The notes beneath the pieces were generated by a model. It was not told the origin of the DNA, searched no databases, and worked only from the letters and a program-made list of their open reading frames with translations. From positions 5,214 through 69,213 of the IMG/VR virus record IMGVR_UViG_3300032285_003468: DNA of 64,000 nt, one strand, 5' to 3'. The stretch is from a virus. Shown here one piece after another: positions 26,664-36,300 of this stretch (positions are counted from its first letter, which is position 1; each line of letters opens with the position of its first letter). The translations under genes were made by a program, and so were the position numbers.

Positions 26664-28403
26664 TTATTTGTTGAAGCTCGAAAGAGGTGCGCGGTTAGCA
26701 GGCGGTATATTAACTCCATCCTGGCCTCCCGAGTCAACTCCTTCTTCAGGAGTCTGCTCTCCGAGTTCCGACAACTTGTTGTCCATAATCTTGATCGCCT
26801 GGTCGGTGTATTTGAGCCTCTGCTCCATCCCGGCCCTTACCTTTGGATCGATCATGGTCTGCGGATTGAGGAGTGACTTCTGGTAGTTGTAGGCATCACG
26901 CATCAACTTCTCTCGGGTGGACACAATGTGTCCGACGTTACGAGTGTTGGCCACTTCCGTTGCGCGGTTGAGGTTGTCGTAGAAGTGGCGATCGGTCTGC
27001 GCGAACTTGGCGTAATCGAGAGTCTGATTCGACTGGGCGATGTCCATTTGCTGCGCGGTCTTGTTCGCCTCCATCTCCGGTGCAAACATGGTGAGGGCGT
27101 GCTTGTCAGCCTGTGCCTGGAGGGGGTTGCCGTACTGAACAGGTGTCATTGCCATTCCGTAGGCAAGACGATCCGCCGGGTTCAGGGTCTTACCAGCGGA
27201 GGCCATACGAAGCTCCTGACGAGCCATGTCCATAATCGGATTGTGGTGGCGAGGATCCGCTTCGGGCAAGAACCTCTCGGCTGACCCGCCTTCGAGTTTT
27301 GCGCGAGTCATAGCTGCTGCGGCCACGTCGGAAGCCGCGTTGGCGTTTGCAATAGGATCGGCCGAAGGCCCGACGCCCAGGGCTGATTCCAGATTCCTTT
27401 CAGCATGAACCCGGTCGATGAAATTGTGATAACGATCTAGGCTGGCTTTTTCTGCCGCCTCTTTATTTTGCTGAACCCGATAGGAAGCAGCCTCCATCTC
27501 GGACAACTGCTTGTCTTCGTCGTCTGCGGGGGTTGCGGGAGCCGCAGGAGTTTGTGCTACTGGAGCCTGGGGGGTTTGCTGAGCAGGCTGTTCGGCCGTC
27601 TTGGGTTTGTACCCTGTAAGTTTGTCATAAGCACCCGTGGCAAGTCGCTGTCCTCCATATCCACCAAGTCCTTGAACGATAAAATCAGCGGGTCCGGACT
27701 CAATTCCTAGCAGCCCTGCGGCCGTGCGACCGGCCAAACTTCCGGCACCTGCAACGACTCCGCGAAGGGGGTCGCCACTTTCCTTGTAGGCTTCGTATCC
27801 GTATAGAGCGTCTCCCACGAGAGGAATGCTCTTCTTTCCGGCTCCCTTGAGAAGGGCACCAATACCTTTGCTTCCTGCGAGGGCCTCGCTTGCGGCGGCT
27901 TCCGCTTCGGGGGTTGCGGCTTCAGGTCGAAGCGCAAGAGTGCGATCCGGGTTTGTGTTTACCTCAGGTCCCACCCGGACAAGAGTGCGGTCCGGTTCTG
28001 CGGGCATGGTAAACTTTCCTTGGGCGGCACCCTGGGCTTGATCGACTGTTTGACGGGCTTGATTTCGTAGACCCTCAAAAGCCGTTTTACGTTGCTGGCT
28101 GGTAGGATAATTTCCTTGAGCGTCGGGTTCACCAGCGGAAATTCTCCTCATCTCTTCCACCTGGTTCTGCATCACGTTGGGCTTCGGAGCGTCCTCAACG
28201 ATCCCTCCCGACATTTGACTTGCCGAAGAAACGGGCGCAGCCGCAGGCGTAGCGGATGGCTGGCCGATAATGACGGGATCGGCATAAGCGCTACGCTTTA
28301 CGGGTTCTGCCGCAGATGCGGATGTAGCCGTTCCTGGGGCGTCCTGTTGTTGGAGCCTTTGAAGAGCGGCTTGGTATTTGTCAGAGATGGGTGCGTCGGC
28401 CAT
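26664..28403 (-). CDS. Internal virion protein
   Basis: 579 aa, Ala/Gln-rich with a glycine-rich hydrophobic segment; precedes the giant gene. Confidence 0.65.
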   Translation of the reverse strand: MADAPISDKYQAALQRLQQQDAPGTATSASAAEPVKRSAYADPVIIGQPSATPAAAPVSSASQMSGGIVEDAPKPNVMQNQVEEMRRISAGEPDAQGNYPTSQQRKTAFEGLRNQARQTVDQAQGAAQGKFTMPAEPDRTLVRVGPEVNTNPDRTLALRPEAATPEAEAAASEALAGSKGIGALLKGAGKKSIPLVGDALYGYEAYKESGDPLRGVVAGAGSLAGRTAAGLLGIESGPADFIVQGLGGYGGQRLATGAYDKLTGYKPKTAEQPAQQTPQAPVAQTPAAPATPADDEDKQLSEMEAASYRVQQNKEAAEKASLDRYHNFIDRVHAERNLESALGVGPSADPIANANAASDVAAAAMTRAKLEGGSAERFLPEADPRHHNPIMDMARQELRMASAGKTLNPADRLAYGMAMTPVQYGNPLQAQADKHALTMFAPEMEANKTAQQMDIAQSNQTLDYAKFAQTDRHFYDNLNRATEVANTRNVGHIVSTREKLMRDAYNYQKSLLNPQTMIDPKVRAGMEQRLKYTDQAIKIMDNKLSELGEQTPEEGVDSGGQDGVNIPPANRAPLSSFNK

Positions 28404-28420
28404 AAAAAGTTAACCTTGGT

Positions 28421-29488
28421 TTAACGGTAGAGACCGTTCATGAGCGGGGAATTCAGCTTGAACCCTTCAGGAAGAAATACCTGCGGAGTAACCGTTTGAG
28501 GAGGCACTACAGGCATGTTTGGAGTAACCATAGTTCCCTGAGGGTTTTGCTCGGTGGGTGGGGTAATCACTGCGCTAGGAACTGGTGCAACTGGGGCGAC
28601 CGGTGCGGGCTGAGTCTGATTCTGTCCCCAGTTTGTTCCGAAAACGTAATTCCCCATAGGCTGGAGGATATTGTGGAGTCCCCATCTTCCCGCTACTGCG
28701 GCTATATGACCGGCGTCCTGGGCTCCTGCTGCGATGGTCGAAGCCTCTCCGCGAACTAAGTTACCGGCATCCGTCATTAGGGTGTGTTTTCCCGAGCTAG
28801 GGTTCCGTAGATCATGCGTAGCACCCGTTAAAGCTGAAGGAAGTTTCCATTGATATCCGGAATCGGGGGGCTTAGGTCCGGAGGATGCGGTATTAACTCC
28901 AGGAGAACCCTGAGTCGCCGGAGCGGTAGGATTATGATTAGATTCAACCAAACCCATCTGAGGGGCGCTCTTTACTGGCGCAGCCCCTCCCGCCGGGTTA
29001 GCTCCTGCGGCGGCTTCGTTGACTCCGTTAAGAATGCCGTTGGCGGGGGCTACTGAAAGGGATCCGTTAGATCCGGCGACTGGAACGGGACTGGCGGACT
29101 GGGCGACCGAACCAGGACGATACGTGGCCTCTCCGAAATTACCGTTGGGCCCCTCAATCCGATGGTGTATGAGGCCAGTGGAATCCATCCACTCCGAACG
29201 GTTTTTCTCGCCCTTCACAGCCCCCGCATCACTAAGGCCCTGACGCATGAAAGTGGAAAGTCCCTTTTGGGGAATCTGCCAAGACTTGTTATATCCAGCG
29301 ACTTCCTCGGGGGTCATGGCTTGAGTTGTAAGAGTCGTGCCACCGGTCCCGGCAGTTCCCGGAGCCCCCGGAGTTGCCTGAGCGGGGCTACCTACCTTGC
29401 CGTCTACGGTGCTGCCCGGTCCGGTTCCATAAGCGGTTCCGTTTTTCTTGTTGTAGTCAGCGATTGCTTGATCGGGATTCTGGGCCAT
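28421..29488 (-). CDS. Internal virion protein, low complexity
   Basis: 355 aa, G/P/A/T-rich; position in late operon. Confidence 0.6.
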   Translation of the reverse strand: MAQNPDQAIADYNKKNGTAYGTGPGSTVDGKVGSPAQATPGAPGTAGTGGTTLTTQAMTPEEVAGYNKSWQIPQKGLSTFMRQGLSDAGAVKGEKNRSEWMDSTGLIHHRIEGPNGNFGEATYRPGSVAQSASPVPVAGSNGSLSVAPANGILNGVNEAAAGANPAGGAAPVKSAPQMGLVESNHNPTAPATQGSPGVNTASSGPKPPDSGYQWKLPSALTGATHDLRNPSSGKHTLMTDAGNLVRGEASTIAAGAQDAGHIAAVAGRWGLHNILQPMGNYVFGTNWGQNQTQPAPVAPVAPVPSAVITPPTEQNPQGTMVTPNMPVVPPQTVTPQVFLPEGFKLNSPLMNGLYR

Positions 29489-29500
29489 AGGGGTGTGGGG

Positions 29501-30493
29501 TTAGTAACGGGCTGGGATGCGCATCGAGGATGCGATAGGGTTCATTTGAAGAGTGATCACGGGGTCTCCCATGTCCTCTTTCAACTCAGCATTCAGAAGC
29601 TGAAGGGCTTTGTTGAAATACTCTTCGGCACGCTCGATGTCGTTTTTATCTTCATACTGAAGAGCCATGAGGGTAAGTTTCAAAGCGCCTTCGTTGGTCG
29701 GCACTATCACGGTTTCGTCGTCCGGGCCGTTAACAAGCTCCACGTAGCGACGCTTGCAGAGGCAGTTGACTCGGGTAGAAAACTCAGACGATCCCAACTT
29801 GTATCGCTTGTAGTTTGGAACGGTTTCCGTAGCCTCATAATCAGCGATCAGGCTTTTCTGAGTGAGGTCGTCCGGGTTTACCGCAAAAAGGTTTATGGTA
29901 CCCTGCGACACTGGTTTATGGATCTCTGTGATCTTGCCCCAGGTGACGGGATTGTACGTGACGTTCAGCGGCACGGTACGGTAAGCGTCTCCGTTTGAGT
30001 CAAATACGTCGTTTCCGTATTGATCCAGACCGCGAACTTTGATCGTCAGAGAGGTGTCGTCCGGGTCGGTGCTTTCAAATCTGATAAAGAAAGGCTTGGT
30101 GGGGTCGGTATAAACAGGATACCCGTCACCCATATCCACGGCCATCTGCATCGAGGTGCCGGGAGAAAGCTGTCCATTTCCTCCGGCAATGTACTCTTGC
30201 CAACGGGGAAAAACCAATCTTGGGATGGCGGGAAGCCCGGATGCCCCGAACTGAATCCCGCAAACGGACTGAAATTGCCGGGGTAGAGTGAGGTACTGGA
30301 CCGGCTCGTCTGGGAACCAATTTCCGCTTGGGACGTTGTTAAACGAAACGGTGGCCATCAGGCCCTTCCACTTTCCGGAGTTATAGATTCGCTCTAGGGC
30401 GGAGTTGATTCGTTCCGTCACGACGGCCGAATCCAACGTCGGGGAGACGTACTTGTAGAGCTTGATTCTGGCTTGAGAAAGGGTTAGTGGCAT
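29501..30493 (-). CDS. Tail adaptor / head-tail connector-like protein
   Basis: 330 aa; helical termini (ERINSALERI; AEEYFNKALQLL) around a beta core; position. Confidence 0.55.
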   Translation of the reverse strand: MPLTLSQARIKLYKYVSPTLDSAVVTERINSALERIYNSGKWKGLMATVSFNNVPSGNWFPDEPVQYLTLPRQFQSVCGIQFGASGLPAIPRLVFPRWQEYIAGGNGQLSPGTSMQMAVDMGDGYPVYTDPTKPFFIRFESTDPDDTSLTIKVRGLDQYGNDVFDSNGDAYRTVPLNVTYNPVTWGKITEIHKPVSQGTINLFAVNPDDLTQKSLIADYEATETVPNYKRYKLGSSEFSTRVNCLCKRRYVELVNGPDDETVIVPTNEGALKLTLMALQYEDKNDIERAEEYFNKALQLLNAELKEDMGDPVITLQMNPIASSMRIPARY

Positions 30494-30601
30494 CTGGAAA
30501 GGGTTGAGGTTAAACGGAAATCACCAGCCCTTTACCAGAAGGCTATCGTGGGAGAATGTGCAGGGAAAGCGTGTCATCTGTCAAGATTTAATTACGGTAT
30601 A

Positions 30602-31084
30602 TTACAAAGGGGTAGCGTTGGCATCTTTTTCTGAAAGAATGGGGTCTACCTCAAGGGGCCAGGGGATACCGCAAGAATCCCACCTGACGCATCTCTCGTC
30701 TGACTCAACTCTTGGATAATCTACGCAATAAATCACCTTTGCCATATCCGATACCGCTAGAAAACCATGAGCAAATCCCCGTGGTACTACCAACTTCTCA
30801 CTAGTTCCTTCACTTAAATAACGCCATCCGGCCTTACCGAAAGTCTTAGAATACGGCCTGACGTCCACCCAAGCGTCGAATATCTCTCCTGAAAGAACCA
30901 GGATTTCTTTTTTCTGGGGGTATTCCTCTTGGTAGTGCATACCCCTCAACACGTTTTTCTTCGATACCGAAACATTGGTTTGGCTAAACCCACTCGAAGA
31001 ACCGACCTCCGAGAAGTATCCCCTTGAGTCGTAAAACTTTTTTACGATTTCGACCACAGGACCGGATGATTTGTCAAAGTTCAT
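30602..31084 (-). CDS. rmlC: dTDP-4-dehydrorhamnose 3,5-epimerase
   Basis: DSRGYFSE, VLRGMHYQ, DVRPYSKTFG, VPRGFAHGF, ILSEKD. Confidence 0.92.
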   Translation of the reverse strand: MNFDKSSGPVVEIVKKFYDSRGYFSEVGSSSGFSQTNVSVSKKNVLRGMHYQEEYPQKKEILVLSGEIFDAWVDVRPYSKTFGKAGWRYLSEGTSEKLVVPRGFAHGFLAVSDMAKVIYCVDYPRVESDERCVRWDSCGIPWPLEVDPILSEKDANATPL

Positions 31085-31841
31085 TGGTCGTAGCTTGTTC
31101 GAGAGGGTGACGGAGGTAATCTTTTAGGATTTTAATCAAATTAAACGCCAGTCTCATACGAGATCTGCTGCCTCCCGAAAAATGTAGAAAACTAACGTCA
31201 TCAAAACATTTTGGATACTCCTCATGAAATTCGCTGTGATTAAAAATCCGAGTCATTTTTCGCGAACAATCTTTCTTTTCTACTCTATTCTTGTTCATGA
31301 CGTATCCAAAGAAAGCATCCTCAGATCTCATTTTGGTATCTAGGGAATAGATAAGATCAACGTCCAGAACTAGGTCCTTCCATACCCTGGCTCGGGTAAA
31401 ATAAGTTCCCCCCTCGAAATAGCTGTTCGGGATATCCGCAATGAAATCTCTCCAAGATACACTTTCGCCCACGTACTCGGCATCGCCCCCAAGGAAACGC
31501 ACAAAATCCAAATTTAAAACCAACATATCTACGTCAATCTTTTGAATCCAATCCGAAGTATCAGATAATTCTGAAAGCATTTTGAAAGCAAAGTATTCGT
31601 TTTTAATTAGAGCCATACCGTTGCGTTTTACCTTTCCGTGTTGCGAAATTACTATTTCCACGGGGATTCCCAGTTCCATTAGATCAGAAAGCTGAATCTC
31701 TGAAAGCGGCCTATCTGGATTTACGAAAATCCAGAACTTATCAACAAACTTGTGGTAATCTAAATACTTCCAAGTTTCCAACGACATTAAGAGATATTGA
31801 AATACCCCTCCGTCGGCTATGTAAAAGGGGACAATCTTCAC
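31074..31841 (-). CDS. Glycosyltransferase-like protein (GT-A)
   Basis: KIDVD DxD motif, GGTYF, SEDAFFG. Confidence 0.6.
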   Translation of the reverse strand: MKIVPFYIADGGVFQYLLMSLETWKYLDYHKFVDKFWIFVNPDRPLSEIQLSDLMELGIPVEIVISQHGKVKRNGMALIKNEYFAFKMLSELSDTSDWIQKIDVDMLVLNLDFVRFLGGDAEYVGESVSWRDFIADIPNSYFEGGTYFTRARVWKDLVLDVDLIYSLDTKMRSEDAFFGYVMNKNRVEKKDCSRKMTRIFNHSEFHEEYPKCFDDVSFLHFSGGSRSRMRLAFNLIKILKDYLRHPLEQATTNEL

Positions 31842-32902
31842 CGTCCCAGTATTTCTGTTAGGTATTCTTCAATAGACCTACCCATCGCGTCAGGAGTAAA
31901 TCTATCCAACCTCCCTACAGGCTTTCTATTTTTGCGGTAAGAGCTTTCTACTATTTGGAAAAACAGTTCCGTTAGGTCTCCCAGTCTAAAAAACAAAGCA
32001 TCCGGAAAAACTTTACGATAGGAACCTACGTCCGATAACAAAAGTGGAAGCTCACAGAGAGACGCTTCGATAGCCGTAAGATCAAACCCTTGATTGCGAG
32101 CGGTTAGATTCAGGTATAGATCCATCGCCGAATAGTAATCAGCCATTTTATCAGGAGGCTCCGAAGGTCTGAATATGACTTTGGGATGTCGAAACAGTTC
32201 CCCTGAAAAGGGTCCCGATCCAACGGCCAGGATCACTACGTGAGCCGGTAGTAGATCGAGCAAAGGCAGAAGCTGGCCTATCCCTTTATCTGGAACAAGC
32301 CTCCCCACTATACCCACGCAAAACTGATCTGGTTTTATGCCCAACTCATTCCTCATGTAAGTGGGATCTTTGGGATATACTCCCCCTCTACCCGCCGGAA
32401 TCACCCTTATACGATTCGGATCTCCGCCATTATCTACGATAAGATCAGCTTCGTGCGGAGCGATAGCAATGTGCCAGGGGTAGTTTAAAATATCGGTGTC
32501 GAATTTCTTGTCCTCGCAGGGAATTCCCAGTTTACGTAGGTTCAACGCATCTTGCTGACTTCCGATCCCGTGCCAATGCGCTACAACGGGAATGTCACCT
32601 CCTAGGTGACGTCTACCCGCCGAAGAATGTGAGTAGACCAAATCAAACCCTCCAATCTGAAGGAACTTTTCAAAAGACTTATCGAAGTACTCGGTAGAAT
32701 ACTTACCCTTGGGACTGTCCGAAAAATGAATTACTAGGTTTCCGTCAAACCGCTCCCGCAGTGACTGATTATCGCAACTCGTTGTAAAAACGTGAACTTC
32801 GTGGCCCAAGTTAGCCAGAACGTTTGCCGTATCTCTGGCGGCAACTTGCATACCCCCGAGTCCGTGATCAGTCCATACCCTGCAATACATAGCAATCTTC
32901 AT
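31838..32902 (-). CDS. Glycosyltransferase family 4
   Basis: GGMQ, GHEVHV, VGRLVPDKG, QGFDLTAIEA, SDVG. Confidence 0.9.
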   Translation of the reverse strand: MKIAMYCRVWTDHGLGGMQVAARDTANVLANLGHEVHVFTTSCDNQSLRERFDGNLVIHFSDSPKGKYSTEYFDKSFEKFLQIGGFDLVYSHSSAGRRHLGGDIPVVAHWHGIGSQQDALNLRKLGIPCEDKKFDTDILNYPWHIAIAPHEADLIVDNGGDPNRIRVIPAGRGGVYPKDPTYMRNELGIKPDQFCVGIVGRLVPDKGIGQLLPLLDLLPAHVVILAVGSGPFSGELFRHPKVIFRPSEPPDKMADYYSAMDLYLNLTARNQGFDLTAIEASLCELPLLLSDVGSYRKVFPDALFFRLGDLTELFFQIVESSYRKNRKPVGRLDRFTPDAMGRSIEEYLTEILGR

Positions 32903-32908
32903 AAACGA

Positions 32909-33595
32909 TTACAGGAGTGATTTTATTTTTGTGGCTATGTCTGCCACATCCACTTCTATGGAGGTCGAGTTCTTATCAGCAATTTTTATTCCTGAGGGAA
33001 TCGCTTGACTAGCTGAATACTTCAGTCCGAAAACCTCAGCCATCCTCCGATATCCTCCCCAAGAAATGCCGTGCGGATTCATTTCAATCACTAAAGACCC
33101 GGGTTGCATAAAAATCATATTCGTCAGTCCTGCTCCGTGCGCCCCGATTAACAACACTGAATCTTTTGCCTGTTGCATCTGCTGATCAAAGCTCAGTTCT
33201 TCAGCCACCATTATTTCCACTGGATATCCCAGGGACGCCATATAATCTAAAAGTACACTTTGGTTTGACAGTTTTCGTGTACTTGTTCTTTCGATTAAAG
33301 TTATTATTTCTCTTTTCCTCGTCACCCCCTCGGAAATTTTTCTCATTACGGGACGCATAGCATCGGATACCCCTCCCGCTCTAGGTACTACCACTGAATT
33401 AGATTTATAAAGTGGTCGGTTAACCTTATCGGCATACTTTAACATTACGTCCTTAAAGTCTCCTCCGTAGCAAATTTCGTCACCCGGGACATAGAGTTTG
33501 TGAAACTCCGGCATATATTCGGCCATAAAATGATAATAATTCTGTATGTGACTGCCTACAAAAAGGAGGGATTTCATAAATTTGTTTGGCACCAC
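32909..33595 (-). CDS. Glycosyltransferase family 61
   Basis: NYYHF, RKLSN, IGAHGAGLTNMIFM..GS.VIE. Confidence 0.9.
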   Translation of the reverse strand: MVPNKFMKSLLFVGSHIQNYYHFMAEYMPEFHKLYVPGDEICYGGDFKDVMLKYADKVNRPLYKSNSVVVPRAGGVSDAMRPVMRKISEGVTRKREIITLIERTSTRKLSNQSVLLDYMASLGYPVEIMVAEELSFDQQMQQAKDSVLLIGAHGAGLTNMIFMQPGSLVIEMNPHGISWGGYRRMAEVFGLKYSASQAIPSGIKIADKNSTSIEVDVADIATKIKSLL

Positions 33596-34197
33596 TCTAC
33601 CGCTTTTTGACGGTACTTCCAGTGCTCTGGGTGTTTGTGAATCGCGTACGGTGCAGGCAGAGGTAGATAGGGAACCGGGTAAGCAAAACCCCCTTTGGTG
33701 ATTCCGGATAAAAGAATGTCCTCCCCGTTTCCCACAGGAACTCCCCCAACAAATTCCTGGAATGCATTGAAATGTTGTAATGCTTTAGCGCAGATCGATG
33801 GAGACGTGATCATCCCACGGGTCAGTACTACCTGGCATTTACCAAAGCAATCTTCACCGTATTTCCCCCCTACAATTCTTCTACCCTCTATACTGTGGGG
33901 TTTTCCCGAATTAGACTTCCACATCCCATAGAGAAATTGAACCGAACTTTCCGGAATCTCCAGATCGTCGTCCGCAATTAAAACAGCGGGGGTGCGGCAA
34001 AGAGACGCTACAGCAAACCTACTAAAAAGTCCTAAATCTTCGGAAGAGGATATACAAACAGCCCCCTCGGGAAACACGGGGTCGCCGTTGTTAACCACAT
34101 ACACTTTTGAAAACTTACCGTAGTGAGCCGATAATCGGATCACGTTGTCGGGCCGTTTCCAATTAAGGATTACAGTTGATAGGGATGATGGGTTCAA
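33574..34197 (-). CDS. Glycosyltransferase family 64-like
   Basis: ILNWKR, SRF, ADDD, NGEDILLS. Confidence 0.7.
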   Translation of the reverse strand: MNPSSLSTVILNWKRPDNVIRLSAHYGKFSKVYVVNNGDPVFPEGAVCISSSEDLGLFSRFAVASLCRTPAVLIADDDLEIPESSVQFLYGMWKSNSGKPHSIEGRRIVGGKYGEDCFGKCQVVLTRGMITSPSICAKALQHFNAFQEFVGGVPVGNGEDILLSGITKGGFAYPVPYLPLPAPYAIHKHPEHWKYRQKAVEWCQTNL

Positions 34198-34939
34198 GGT
34201 CTAGGTGAGATTTGCTGAAATTGATGTTCACTCTTGCAGATCCCCAACCGGTTAGGTTGGCTATAAACTTCCCATTGCTTAAATTGTCTAGGCTCAGGTT
34301 TTGGTTTTGGCACTTGAGGTCCAGCCAGCTTTTATATCCGGTATTGGCGGCTTTATCCGCGTAATTATTTGGAACTGGAGATAAATAGTTAAAATCGACT
34401 ATCTGATTTATGCTTATCCCAGATAGAGCCGCGCGGGCTAAAATATCACTGTCTTGATAACCGTGCGGTAGAAAGGATTCATCGTAGCCCCCCAAAGCGT
34501 AAAACCATTCTTTGGCCATGCCTATTCTACCAAAAGTTCCATCGTGTACGTCAGCGTATAGATGAGCTACCTTTCGGTCGCCGTCGATCAAGTGTTCGTC
34601 CAATAGAACCCGCACTCCCTGTAGGTAATTGTCTGCGTCAAGATTCATCAAAAAAGGTGCGTCTGCCATCCGGTGAGCTAAGTTCTTCGCTTTAGAACAA
34701 TCGTAAACCGAGACGTCCTGAACTTTAACGATCTTAATTTGCCCGTTTGAAAGCAGGTTTTTTATTCCGGGATAGTGGTAAAGATACTTTTCCAAACCAT
34801 CAGAGCTTCCATAATCAACGATCACGAGTTGCTCGTCATCTTTTAAAAGGCTGAGATTAACTGGGAATGTAAAAGCAAACTGCCACAGACGATTCATTAT
34901 CTGAGTGCAGTACGAAACCTTTGGGGTGAAAGCTACCAT
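34163..34939 (-). CDS. Glycosyltransferase family 2/7-like
   Basis: VDYGSSDG, KAKNLA, NLDAD, GGYDESF..GYQDSD; likely start at ATG 34939. Confidence 0.8.
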   Translation of the reverse strand: MVAFTPKVSYCTQIMNRLWQFAFTFPVNLSLLKDDEQLVIVDYGSSDGLEKYLYHYPGIKNLLSNGQIKIVKVQDVSVYDCSKAKNLAHRMADAPFLMNLDADNYLQGVRVLLDEHLIDGDRKVAHLYADVHDGTFGRIGMAKEWFYALGGYDESFLPHGYQDSDILARAALSGISINQIVDFNYLSPVPNNYADKAANTGYKSWLDLKCQNQNLSLDNLSNGKFIANLTGWGSARVNINFSKSHLDLEPIIPINCNP

Positions 34940-35250
34940 TTGCCTAGGGGACAGGAAGCAGTAGCTAGTTTTAATTTGATAAGCGTAGAGCACCCACACT
35001 CAAGGCACTTTCCGGTATTGCTAAAAGCGGTAGGGTCAAATTTATCACACCCCCGGCAAGTCGCATTTCTTTTATCCAGGGTAGTTTCGTCCACTACCGG
35101 AAAACCCTCTTTAGCCCATTCCGAAAGGGATTTGGTAAAATCAACCGCTTTTGAGAAGGGCTGTTTAAGTAATTCCTCCCGCTTTTTCTGTATTTCCTGC
35201 CTTCCCCGCAAGAAGGGGGGTACATATTGATTGTTGTCAGATTCGCTCAT
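34933..35250 (-). CDS. Cys-rich DUF6171-like protein
   Basis: CRGC...CLECGC...SCPLGKW. Confidence 0.75.
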   Translation of the reverse strand: MSESDNNQYVPPFLRGRQEIQKKREELLKQPFSKAVDFTKSLSEWAKEGFPVVDETTLDKRNATCRGCDKFDPTAFSNTGKCLECGCSTLIKLKLATASCPLGKW

Positions 35251-35269
35251 GTTACAGCAAGATTTCACA

Positions 35270-36300
35270 TTAACCACCTTCTTGTTCGACACCGCCATTA
35301 TTCCAACCGTAATCAATGCAGTTGTCATCGTCTGCCAAGGTCACAGTTATCGTTACACTGGGGGGGGTAACCTGATCGTTTCCATCGTCTCCTCGAGTGT
35401 CGTAGTAAAGAGGTATTTCTTTACCGAAAAAAGTTAACGTGCCCGCCGATTCCCAATCAGAAAGGGGGGATGAGACTAAAGAAGTTTGATTAGTTGGATC
35501 GGACATAACTAATGAACTGCTCCACCGCAAGTATATTTGTTACCCGGGTTACCATACGCCTGTGAATTGCATCCTATTGAAGGATAGTACTCACCATTAT
35601 ATACAAGTACTGGACTAAACCCAACATTGATGCCTAGCCACGCCATTACCGAATAAGCACCATCAGTTCCCTTGTTAAGTGTGTCGTGTAAAACAAGTGC
35701 GGGATTACCGCTATAGTAGTAAAAATTACCATACTGATTGAGGCCGTAATTTGCTGAAAACGCAGCTTCTGGGTTCGCGCAAACCTTTAATGGAAATAAA
35801 TTGTCATCGTCCGATAAATCCAAATGCGTAATGTGGTCATAAGGTTTGTAATCTTGGACGTTTCCTTGAGAATCAAATTTTTCGGTTTCTGATCCTGTGA
35901 CCCTCCCCACGTATGAGCCGTAGAAGTAACTGTAGCTTTCATCTACGTAGACGTAAAAAGTGTCTTCGGCTGAATTATATGTACTGGGAGGATCTACAAT
36001 TTCATAACAACTTCCCCACGATTGAGTAGAGTATTTAGACCCGGGAGTCCCTGAGTCAATGGTAACCTTATATTGTTTAGCTCTCCAATAAAGCTGCATA
36101 AGTTCTTCAAGGCTAAACCCCACCGGATAAGCGGTTCCGTCTCCGACTACCGAAACCATTTCACTAGAAGATTTAGATGGATTACTTTGATAAAGAGTGG
36201 TTCCATCCCACCACTCGACCTTTTCCCCATCTTCCGCGTATTCTGTAATACAGTTCGGGGGAGGTAGGTACCCTTTTGTATATGTAAGAGAAATAGCCAT
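35270..36300 (-). CDS. Putative tail-associated protein, possibly split by a frameshift near 35520
   Basis: ORF 36300-35509 (MAISLTYTKG...) overlaps ORF 35530-35270 in another frame; Tyr/Ser/Gly-rich. Confidence 0.55.
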
